Shown piece after piece: positions 21,523 to 29,766 of a DNA stretch of 64,000 nt. The stretch is from an uncultured Alphaproteobacteria bacterium (GTDB lineage: Bacteria > Pseudomonadota > Alphaproteobacteria > Sphingomonadales > Sphingomonadaceae). The stretch covers positions 7,946 through 71,945 of the forward strand of contig CAWAWT010000011.1 of the NCBI GenBank assembly GCA_963785855.1, read 5' to 3'. Position numbers and translations under genes: made by a program. Below the pieces are notes generated by a model. The model did no database searches. It saw nothing but the letters and a program-made list of their open reading frames with translations, and was not told the origin of the DNA. The number at the start of each line of letters is the position of its first letter. Positions within the stretch are counted from its first letter, which is position 1.

Positions 21523-22591
21523 GATGACGAGAGACATTGCCAGGCGGTTTGCGGCGAACCCACTCCTTTCGCCCGGCGACCTCAGGCCGAGCATGGATGG
21601 GTTGGAAATTGCCTGTCTCCTAAATCCCGGCGTGTTTCGCTTCGAGGGAAAGACCTGGCTGCTGGTTCGGGTCGCCGAGCGGCCGAGGCAGAGGCAAGGA
21701 AAAGTGTCCTTTCCAATCCTCGGTGAAGATGGGACGACGCGGATCATCGAGCTCGACCAGAATGATCCCGATCTTCGCAGCGACGACCCGCGCAGCGTCA
21801 CCTACAAGGGTGAGGATTATCTGACCACGCTGTCGCATCTGCGATTGCTCAGCTCGGATGACGGCGTACATTTTGAGGAACCGGAGGGCTACTTGCCGCT
21901 CGCCGGCTCAGGGCGCCAGGAAAGCTACGGGATCGAAGATTGCCGAGTGTCGCAGATCGGCGACGTCTATCATCTGACCTACACTGCAGTGTCGCCGAGC
22001 GGGGTCGGTGTTGGGCTGCGCACCACGAAGGACTGGCGGCACTTCGATTGTCATGGAATGATCCTTCCGCCCCACAACAAGGACTGCGCGATCTTCGAAG
22101 AAAAGATCGATGGTCGCTTTTTCATGCTGCACCGCCCTTCCAGTCTCTTTGTCGGCGGGAATTACATCTGGCTCGCATCATCGCCTGACGGATTGCACTG
22201 GGGTGACCATCGCTGTCTGTTGCGGACGCGTCCGGGAAGTTGGGATGGCGCAAGGGTCGGCGCGGGAGCCGCGCCGATCAAGACTGACCAGGGCTGGCTC
22301 GAAATCTATCACGGCGCAGACGAGAACAATCGCTATTCCCTGGGGGCCTGTCTCCTTGATCTGCAGGATCCGTCCAAAGTGCTGGCAGTGACAGACGAGC
22401 CGCTGATGCGGCCGCTGGAGCCCTATGAGCTGTCGGGTTTCTTCGGCCATGTCGTCTTCACGAACGGGCACGTGCTCGACACCGATGGAGACACGCTAAC
22501 TCTCTATTACGGCGCGGCAGACGAATTCGTGTGCGGCGCTCAATTTTCCATAAGAGAGATATTCTCGCTGCTGAAGACGGTCGATGGTTAG
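21523..22591 (+). CDS. Cytoplasmic GH130 phosphorylase, beta-1,2-mannobiose phosphorylase-like (Lin0857 type)
   Basis: NPLLSP, LNPGV, VRVAERP, DDPR, YLTTLSHLR, YGIEDCRV, HNKD, LHRP, YHGA, VVFTNG, YYGAAD; no signal peptide. Confidence 0.88.
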
Positions 22592-23883
22592 CAAGCTCCG
22601 GACAGAGCTGGCATTCTTCCGTAAGCAGCCGCACAATTTCCGGACGCTCATCCTGACCAACATGGTCTATGCGCTCGTCGGACCGGTAATCGACACGTTC
22701 GTTTCAGCCTACATCATGCGCTCGTCGAACGACCCGACCAAGGTCGTCATCTACCAGCTGACCATCTACACCGGCATTCCCCTTACGTTCCTTTTGAACG
22801 GGTTTCTCCTCAGGCACTTCAATATCCGCAAGCTGTTCTCGGCAGGAATGCTGCTGAGCGGTGTTTCAATGCTCGCAATGATGTCGCTGAAAACGCTGAG
22901 CAACGCCGGCATTGGTGGAGCGGGACTGATAATGGGGATGTCATTCGGCTTCTACTGGGCAAACCGAGACACGCTGGTCCTGGATGTCACCGACGACAGC
23001 AACCGCAATTACTATTACGGGCTCGAAACCTTCATCTACACGATCGTCGCGATCGTGATGCCGTTTGCAATCGGATGGTTCATCCATGCGCAGAAAGATG
23101 AAGCGCACGTGCACACTGCCTATCTCGCGATTGTCGGGATTGCGTTCTGTATCACGATCTTGGCGTCGCTCGTTTGTCTGCGCGGCCGCTTTGCCAACCC
23201 TCCAGCAAAAAGAATTCATTTATCTAAGGTTCCACCCGCTGTGGAACAGGTTGCTGCTCCTCGCGCTGCTCAAGGGACTGGGTCAGGGCTTCCTCGTTAC
23301 TGCGCCATCGATGCTGATCATGACGCTGCTCGGCGACGAGGGATCGCTTGGCTTTGCGCAGACGATTGGCGCGCTATTTGCGGCGGTTGCCATGTATGTT
23401 CTCGGCCGCGTCACCAGCCCCGACGACCGCATCAGGATTTTCGCTGCCGGGCTGCTGCTGTTCCTGCTTGCGGCGCTTTCGAACGCAATCCTGTTCAATG
23501 CCGCCGGCGTCATCGTGTTCATGCTTTTCCTGTTGCTCGCGAAGCCGCTGCTCGATCTCGCCTATTTCCCGATCCAGTTCCGAGTGATTGACATCGTGAA
23601 AAAGCTCGAGCGACGCAGCGAGTTCAGCTACATTCTCAACCATGAGGCGGGCCTTTACGTAGGGCGCTTCAGCGGCGCGCTCGCGTTCCTCCTGCTCGCC
23701 TATGATTTCTCTACCGCCATTGCTTTGCGTTATGCGATCCTGCTGATCGCAACGATCCAGTTACTGTCGGTTTTCGTCGCGAGGAACATCGTTCAAACGG
23801 GCAACAGCCTCGCGCCTGGGGAGATCGACAACCACGGCACCACGCTTCACGCCGAGGACGCGCTGGTCACGCATCCGACCTGA
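22584..23883 (+). CDS. MFS transporter; frameshift near 23210
   Basis: About 12 hydrophobic segments over two ORFs; GFYWANRD...NRNYYYGLE; overlaps the GH130 stop. Confidence 0.85.
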
Positions 23884-23900
23884 TTAGCACCCCGCGCCGG

Positions 23901-25019
23901 TCAGGCGTGGCATTTCGCCATCCGATCGGCGTCAACCGCGACGGCTAGCGATTGCGTTGCATTGCTCGCATCGATCTTCCGCTTGTGAGAACGGTTGGCG
24001 AGCCAGCGCAGCTGATCGTCGAACATTGCACGAAGGAGGGTCTCGTAAACTGCGAGCTTTGGCTGAATTGCGCCGGTATCGAGCCGTATCTTCCGGTCAT
24101 ATTCAATCGGCTTGAAGCGGCCATGGGCATGCTGCGGCGCATCCCATCGCTCAAGAATAGTCATCGCCGCACTCGGGAATAGCGCCTGCAGCCGCTCGCT
24201 TTCAGATCGCGTGCAGACTGCATGAAGCACAAGTCGGTTCGGCACCCATTCCTCGAGCGTGATATCGCCGCGCTCGAACTGGAGGCGCATCTGCTGACGA
24301 TCGAGGATCCTTGGCTGGTTGAATCCGTGAAAGAAGTGGACTGGCGCATTGCCTTGGTAGATCACCTCGCACTGCGCGATGTCCCATATGCCGCGCTGGC
24401 CTTGACGCTCGAGGCGCTGCGCTGCTGCCACCTCTCCTTTGCCGAGCCATCCTGCGAACATGTCGAAAAAGTGTACGCCATGCTCGATGAAGACGCCGCC
24501 ACTCTTGGCGTCGTCCCAGAACCAGTGGCCAGGCGGCAATGGTTCGTCACTCGCATAGTTTTCAAAGAAACCATGGATGAATGAGCCGAGCATTTGCGTG
24601 TCGATCAGCGTCTCGACGGCATCGTAGAGCGGATTGTAGCGTTGCATGAGGTTGACCACGAACAACAGCCCATGGTGGTCCGCGCAGCGGCTCAGCTCTT
24701 GCGCATGTGGCAGTTCGATCGCTGCCGGCTTCTCGCAGATGACGTGCTTGCCCGCGTTGAGCGCAGCCAGGCTTTGCTCATAGTGGAGGAATGGCGGTGA
24801 CCCGATGTAGACAAGGTCGACTGCCGGGTCGGCCAGCAATTGCTCGGCGCTCTTATGGACCTTGGTCCCGGGATGAGCAGCCTTAAAAGAGGCAATCGAT
24901 TCTTCATTCGCGTCGTACACGCCAACCAGTTTTGCGTTCGGATGCTGGGCGAATTGCGACACTGCGAACCGTGCAAAACCTCCGGCCCCGATCACTGCTA
25001 ACCCGACTTGCTCGTCCAT
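23901..25019 (-). CDS. Gfo/Idh/MocA family oxidoreductase
   Basis: VIGAGGFA, DLVYIGSPPFLH, GKHVICEKP, SGGVFIEHGVHFFD. Confidence 0.92.
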   Translation of the reverse strand: MDEQVGLAVIGAGGFARFAVSQFAQHPNAKLVGVYDANEESIASFKAAHPGTKVHKSAEQLLADPAVDLVYIGSPPFLHYEQSLAALNAGKHVICEKPAAIELPHAQELSRCADHHGLLFVVNLMQRYNPLYDAVETLIDTQMLGSFIHGFFENYASDEPLPPGHWFWDDAKSGGVFIEHGVHFFDMFAGWLGKGEVAAAQRLERQGQRGIWDIAQCEVIYQGNAPVHFFHGFNQPRILDRQQMRLQFERGDITLEEWVPNRLVLHAVCTRSESERLQALFPSAAMTILERWDAPQHAHGRFKPIEYDRKIRLDTGAIQPKLAVYETLLRAMFDDQLRWLANRSHKRKIDASNATQSLAVAVDADRMAKCHA

Positions 25020-25051
25020 TGAAAACCCTGCCCGCTCGTGCCTTGAAGATT

Positions 25052-25077
25052 GTTTAGTATATTGTTTTTTTATAAAC
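25052..25077 (-). promoter_or_regulatory. Putative ROK operator (site 3)
   Basis: GTTTAGTATATTGTTTTTTTATAAAC with inverted ends GTTTA/TAAAC; 22/24 match to 11495-11518; ~33 nt upstream of the oxidoreductase ATG. Confidence 0.65.
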
Positions 25078-25178
25078 AATCTTCGCCATTGGCTTGGCAT
25101 TTTGCCCATGGCGCGTTGAGCCGGGCGTGGGCTGCGGCCTAGGATTGAGGCTCTGTCGATGCGATCCGCAGCGAGGTG

Positions 25179-25334
25179 CGCCACACCGCAGGGCGTCTGG
25201 ATGGCGCAGGCCGAGGTACAATGCAGAAGATTTCGCAATTCCTCGGCCACACACCAACGAGGGTTACCGAGCGGAGATACGCTCGATACAGTCCGTCGTT
25301 TATGAAGGATGCTGCTCCGGCGTTGGACTTCTAG
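25179..25334 (+). pseudogene. C-terminal remnant of a tyrosine recombinase/phage integrase
   Basis: Manual translation across two indels: RHTAGVWMAQAEV..MQKISQFLGHTPTRVTERRYARYSPSFMKDAAPALDF*, giving the box II R-H..LGH..Y residues. Confidence 0.8.
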
Positions 25335-25340
25335 CGAAAG

Positions 25341-25483
25341 CTTGCCACGCAAAGATTTTTTCGTGTGGCAAGTTTCAGTTGACGTCGCTTGCCACACAAA
25401 TTTGCAAAGTCGCTCATGGCATTTCTCCTTAACTGACACCGTGATACCACGATACCCAGATACTTGACAAGTGTGGTGGCAAG
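25341..25483. repeat. Clustered short repeats in the RHH/Fic promoter
   Basis: CTTGCCAC x4 (25341+, 25365-, 25388+, 25476-); GATAC x3 with 8-bp period (25443, 25451, 25459) abutting TTGACA at 25464. Confidence 0.6.
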
Positions 25484-25499
25484 GAACATTTTGCTTCTC

Positions 25500-25709
25500 A
25501 TGAAGGCCGCTAAAGCAATGACCGTCAGGCTATCGGAGGATCAGGCCCAGGCGCTTGAGACCGTTTCGAGCGTTGAGAACATGCCGGTTTCGGACATCAT
25601 TAGGGCTGCGATCGAAACTCACATCGAAGCCCGCAGACACGATCCCGCATTTCAAGCTGGTCTTCGTGAGAGGATCAGCCAAGCTCGCCGGTTGCTCGAT
25701 CAGAAATGA
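25500..25709 (+). CDS. Ribbon-helix-helix (CopG-like) DNA-binding protein
   Basis: KAMTVRLSEDQAQALETVSSVENMPVSDIIRAAIE: alternating beta strand followed by two helices. Confidence 0.75.
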   Translation: MKAAKAMTVRLSEDQAQALETVSSVENMPVSDIIRAAIETHIEARRHDPAFQAGLRERISQARRLLDQK

Positions 25710-25918
25710 CCATTCGTCCCGACAAACACATGCGGGTCTCCAGCCTCTCAGTTGAAAGCAGGATTCTCGGCAATGAGACCTTCGCTGCGATCGCTGCTGT
25801 CGAGGGGATGTCGCTCGGTTCGGCAAGCCGTGCGCGCCTCGCAAGCATGCGGGAACGTCACCTCACTCATGGTGAGCAGCGGGCCGAGATCATCCGCGCC
25901 TATCTAGAGAGTAAATAG
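25706..25918 (+). CDS. Probable Fic antitoxin (FicA/VbhA-like)
   Basis: 70 aa; AIAAVEG resembles the inhibitory (S/T)xxxE(G/N) motif; ATGA overlap with RHH gene; directly upstream of fic. Confidence 0.65.
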   Translation: MTIRPDKHMRVSSLSVESRILGNETFAAIAAVEGMSLGSASRARLASMRERHLTHGEQRAEIIRAYLESK

Positions 25919-26536
25919 CGATCCTCGGAGGTTATGACGCCTTCGACCAGCAGGACCCCTATTGCTACGACGGCACCTCCGTCCTCAAAAACAAGCTGGG
26001 CTTAGAGGGAGCTGAGGCGCTCGAGGCCTTCGAGCTCGAAATGACGACTTTGCGGGCAGCAGAACCGCTCCCCGAGGGCGACTTCGATGTTCCTCACTAC
26101 CGTGCGATCCACCGGCATCTCTTCCAGGACGTATATGACTGGGCGGGAGAGACGCGAACCGTGCAAACGTCAAAGGGAGGCAATCTTTTCTGCCTGCCGG
26201 CGTGCATTTATCCCCAGCTTGCTCAGCTGTTCAATCGTCTAACCGGACCGCCGGACGGTTGGGCTTCTACCGAAGAAGAGTTCGTCACCTTCGCCGCGGA
26301 CTTCCTGGCCGAGCTCAATGTCATCCACCCCTTTCGCGAGGAAAATGGTCGCGCCCAGCTTAGCTTCCTGCACCTTCTCGGCCACGCTGCTGGCTTCCCG
26401 TTCGACTTTTCAAGAGTTCAGCGAGAGAGCTTTTATGCCGGCAATGATTGCCAGCTTCCACCTGCATCTCGCGCCGTTAATTGCAGAACTAACGACACTC
26501 CTGGTGTCGATGAACCCCGACCCCCAGTCTGAATGA
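25915..26536 (+). pseudogene. Fic-domain toxin (FicT-like), probably degenerate
   Basis: DPYCYDGTSVLKNKLG upstream of the called ATG but no canonical start; IHRHLFQDVYDWAG; HPFREENGR versus consensus HPFxxGNGR; frameshift near 26432. Confidence 0.8.
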
Positions 26537-26717
26537 ACGTCGGCCAACGGGTTTCACCAGTAGAATACGGGCTGCACGGGCGCTTTCGCGCCGAGGAGGG
26601 CCATTTCCCCGAAGGTAATGGGGCACGACAACGTGCTTTTCGAGGCGCTGGTTCAATTGAACCGACCGAATACTGTGCTCTCGCGGACAGTAAGTTGGCT
26701 AAGTCACTGAAAAGAAA

Positions 26718-26792
26718 TGGTGGGCGTGGCAAGGATTGAACTTGCGACCCCTGCGATGTCAACACAGTGCTCTACCACTGAGCTACACGCCC
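26718..26792 (-). tRNA. tRNA-Val(GAC)
   Basis: GGGCGTGTAGCTCAGTGGTAGAGCACTGTGTT-GAC-ATCGCAGGGGTCGCAAGTTCAATCCTTGCCACGCCCACCA; full cloverleaf with encoded CCA. Confidence 0.97.
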
Positions 26793-26871
26793 ACCCGGGT
26801 CAGCCGATTGGCTTGGAGAAGCGGCATTTAGGGAGCAGATGCGCGAGGCGCAACAGGCTTTCGAAGCGGAC

Positions 26872-27249
26872 TTAGAGCCGTCCGTGCTGATCCTCTGCCT
26901 GGAAGATCCGGTCGACCTCCATCACCAGGTCCTTCAGGTGGAACGGCTTGGACAAGAGCTTCGCCTCGGGCGCGGTGCGGCCACTTTGCAGCGCAACAGC
27001 CGCAAATCCGGTGATGAACATGACCCGAATCGATGGGTCGATTGCGCTCGCCTTCTGCGCGAGCTCGATCCCGTCCATCTCGGGCATAACGATGTCGGTC
27101 AGAAGCAGATCGAACCGCTCCCTCTCGAGCAGTGGCATCGCCTCGGTGCCGCAACCGACCGCCTCAACCTCATAGCCGACACGCTGCAGCGCTCGCTGCA
27201 GATACTCACGCATGGACGTGTCGTCCTCAGCCAGAAGGATTCTCGCCAT
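26872..27249 (-). CDS. cpdR: Single-domain response regulator CpdR
   Basis: MARILLAEDD...DLLLTDIVMPEMDGIELA...VMFITGFAAVAL...LSKPFHL; position between tRNA-Val and N-formylglutamate amidohydrolase. Confidence 0.92.
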   Translation of the reverse strand: MARILLAEDDTSMREYLQRALQRVGYEVEAVGCGTEAMPLLERERFDLLLTDIVMPEMDGIELAQKASAIDPSIRVMFITGFAAVALQSGRTAPEAKLLSKPFHLKDLVMEVDRIFQAEDQHGRL

Positions 27250-27369
27250 CACCTTCTCTATGCGCTGATCATTTGCCTTTTGCCAGAAGCGAATAATGGG
27301 GTTCATGCGTTGCAGCCCCTTCACGCGAGTCCTAAACTGGCACAGAAAGCCGGACCCCGCTCTCGAAAG

Positions 27370-28215
27370 TTGATTGTGACGCCGCTCGCTTCCCCAGTCA
27401 TCCACGCGCAGCGCGGTGCCCTGCCTTTGCTACTGTCCGTGCCGCATTCCGGACGCGAGTATCCGGATTGGCTGATCGAGAGCGCGGCTGGCGGACGACG
27501 AGCTCTTTCCTCGCTTGAAGACCCGTTGGTCGATCGGCTCGTCTGGCGGGCGCTGAAGCACGGCTGCGGAGCGGTGATCGCAAGAGCGCCCCGCGCAGCA
27601 ATCGATTGCAACCGCGCCGAGGATGACATCGACCCCTCGGTTGTCGATGGCGTCCATCGTGCACGAGTTACGGCACGGGCGCGCGGCGGCTTGGGGATTA
27701 TCCCCTCGCGCACGCAACTGCATGGCTATCTATGGCGACGGCCCGTCACACCACTTGAGCTCGCGTCGCGGCTCGACCAAGCGCATCGGCCGTATCACCA
27801 CGCGATCGATCAGCAGATTTCTCTGCTCCTCGACCGGTTCGGATGCGCGCTCCTGATCGACTGCCACTCAATGCCACCCCCTGCCAAGGGCGTCGCGCCG
27901 ATCGTCTTCGGCGATTGCCGCGGGCGAACTGCGGACGGCTGGATCAGTCGCTCGGCAATAAAAATCGCTGGGAGCTGCGGGTTCGAAGCTGATCTCAACG
28001 ATCCGTTCTCCGGCGGACACGTGATCGACCGTCACGGCTCACCTTCGCGCAATGTCCATGCGCTTCAGCTGGAAATCGACCGTCGCTTCTATCTCAACGA
28101 GGACTTCCAGGAGCCGGGCGCGGGCTTTGACCGTGTTGCGGCGTTCATTGAAACCCTCGCAATCCAGCTCGGCGAAGCAATGCTCGGCCGCCAATATGCG
28201 ACGGCGGCCGAATAG
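27370..28215 (+). CDS. N-formylglutamate amidohydrolase family protein; start approximate
   Basis: SVPHSGREYP, LEDPLVD, PRAAIDCNRAE, HRPYH, DCHSMP, LNDPFSGG, HALQLEIDR. Confidence 0.9.
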   Translation: MIVTPLASPVIHAQRGALPLLLSVPHSGREYPDWLIESAAGGRRALSSLEDPLVDRLVWRALKHGCGAVIARAPRAAIDCNRAEDDIDPSVVDGVHRARVTARARGGLGIIPSRTQLHGYLWRRPVTPLELASRLDQAHRPYHHAIDQQISLLLDRFGCALLIDCHSMPPPAKGVAPIVFGDCRGRTADGWISRSAIKIAGSCGFEADLNDPFSGGHVIDRHGSPSRNVHALQLEIDRRFYLNEDFQEPGAGFDRVAAFIETLAIQLGEAMLGRQYATAAE

Positions 28216-28218
28216 CAT

Positions 28219-29010
28219 TTAGGCGTCGGCCGGAGCGGGTTCCGGAGCCTGGGCAGGAGCTTTCCCAAGCTGCATCTGGCGACCGAAGACGGCTCGCATC
28301 TCACTCAGCGAAAAGAGGTGGGCGTAGAGAAGCGGCAGGATACCGTTCTGATTCAACTTTCTCAGTTCATCGCCTCGTAAGTTCCTCAGCTTCTCCTCGT
28401 CCACCATTCGAAAACCACGGTAGACGAACGGCTGTTGGAAACCTTCCGGCTGGATCGCGACTTCGCCGTCCATCAGGAGGTCGGCCTTGTTCAATTCCTC
28501 GACGAATGCCGCCGTCCGCTGGCCTGCAGCCTCAAACTGCTCACAAAATTGCAGGATCGCCTTCGTCGCTTCGCTCGGCTGATCGCCATCGAACAAAGGC
28601 TGGCCCTCGTCGAACTCGCCGACCGCGTTGGCGCTTGAATCGAAGCAGAGGGAGAGTTCGTCGCTGTCCGGCCGGAGGCGCGCCAGCAGGAACGGATATC
28701 GGCGGATGTAGGCCGGGATGTAGAAGCTCGGGTCGTAAGGCCGACCCTCTTCGTCGAGAAAGACGTTCACGCCCTCGTTGAGGCCCATGAGCGCGATCGG
28801 AACCGAATTGTCTCCAACCGAAAATACGATCGGATAGTGCCGCTGCACCAGTGAGAACTCGTCGACCGTCACCGGCACGGCATGAGTGAGCGCGATCTGC
28901 GGCATGCGAAGGAGCGTGCGCACCTTCATTTTGCCGTGCTGAGTTACGTTCAGCGGCTCTAGGGCATTGTAGAACAATGGTAAGTTCTGGTTGGGGGCGG
29001 CTGTCGCCAT
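28219..29010 (-). CDS. SapC family protein
   Basis: LPLFY, PVTVDEF..QRHYPIVF, YIPAYIRRYPF, GFRMVDEEKL, YAHLFSL. Confidence 0.88.
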   Translation of the reverse strand: MATAAPNQNLPLFYNALEPLNVTQHGKMKVRTLLRMPQIALTHAVPVTVDEFSLVQRHYPIVFSVGDNSVPIALMGLNEGVNVFLDEEGRPYDPSFYIPAYIRRYPFLLARLRPDSDELSLCFDSSANAVGEFDEGQPLFDGDQPSEATKAILQFCEQFEAAGQRTAAFVEELNKADLLMDGEVAIQPEGFQQPFVYRGFRMVDEEKLRNLRGDELRKLNQNGILPLLYAHLFSLSEMRAVFGRQMQLGKAPAQAPEPAPADA

Positions 29011-29195
29011 CCTGATCGTCTCCTGGGGGCCGGGCTTACGGCCTCACTCCCTTGAGCCGGCCGGCAATGTTCGACGCGCCTCTATTGTCTGTGCCACTTT
29101 AAGGCAAGCGGCGTCGGCTCGGCGCACTTAGGGTTTAGTTCATTGAGCATTCAACGCTTCGCTGCGAAGCCGGGAGAAATGGCGGTGGGCTGCAG

Positions 29196-29636
29196 ATGAT
29201 CCCGGGAGCGATCCTCAAATTGGGGCCGTTATTGTTCGGTCTGCTCATTGCCCAGCCGGGCCTCGTCGGCCAATCGGTCACCCGCCTCGTGGTACAGGAC
29301 GAAGTGATCCTCCGAGTGCCGCTCCAGCCACGCCCCTTGATGCCTCGAATTGAGTGGACTGAGCGAAAGGGACCAAAATGCATCCCGGTTGGGGCGCTGA
29401 GGCGCGCGATGATGTCGGGCCCACAGCAAATCGACTTCATCGTGGCATCCAGCAACCGAGTGCGCATTCGTGCGGTGCTCGACGAAGACTGCCCGGCTCT
29501 CGACTTTTACGGCGGTCTCTATCTTCAACCGCAGGATGATCGACTGTGCGCGCACCGCGATGCAATCCACTCACGAATGGGCGGAAGCTGCACGATCGAC
29601 CGGTTCCGCGAGCTCGTTCCCAAGATCGTCGACTAG
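29196..29636 (+). CDS. Conserved exported hypothetical protein
   Basis: Hydrophobic leader; four Cys in KCIP, DCPALDFY, RLCAHRD, GGSCTI. Confidence 0.7.
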   Translation: MIPGAILKLGPLLFGLLIAQPGLVGQSVTRLVVQDEVILRVPLQPRPLMPRIEWTERKGPKCIPVGALRRAMMSGPQQIDFIVASSNRVRIRAVLDEDCPALDFYGGLYLQPQDDRLCAHRDAIHSRMGGSCTIDRFRELVPKIVD

Positions 29637-29766
29637 CAGACCCAAGCGCGCCCTTGGATTCGGGCTCCCCGATACCCACATTCCTTGACAAGCCAACGGG
29701 CTTCGCACACGCGTGTAGCCGCTCCGGCCGCTGACTCTGCGAGCCAATATTTATCCGGAAGAATCA

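Larger units (their letters stand above)
11270..26717. mobile_element. Decayed genomic island at the 3' end of tRNA-Val(GAC); left boundary approximate
   Basis: tRNA 3' end faces the region; integrase remnant; Fic TA module; truncated aox on the left; more AT-rich codons in the TonB receptor; no clear att duplication found. Confidence 0.6.

Noticed and set aside
11495-25077. Inverted 24-bp near-repeat as transposon terminal inverted repeats
   Set aside because: No transposase or target-site duplication seen; both copies sit in promoter positions and a third degenerate copy is internal, which fits an operator better
26650-26663. Palindrome GGTTCAATTGAACC near the tRNA 3' end
   Set aside because: Could be a recombination accessory site but a single 14-bp palindrome is insufficient evidence
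6134-26717. Direct repeat of the tRNA-Val 3' end marking the far att site
   Set aside because: By eye only 8-10-bp matches were found (GGGCGTGG near 25123, GTGGCAAGGA at 25476); too short to call an att site
26839-27369. N-terminal extension of the 458-aa ORF overlapping cpdR
   Set aside because: Antisense shadow of cpdR; amidohydrolase motifs start only after ~27370
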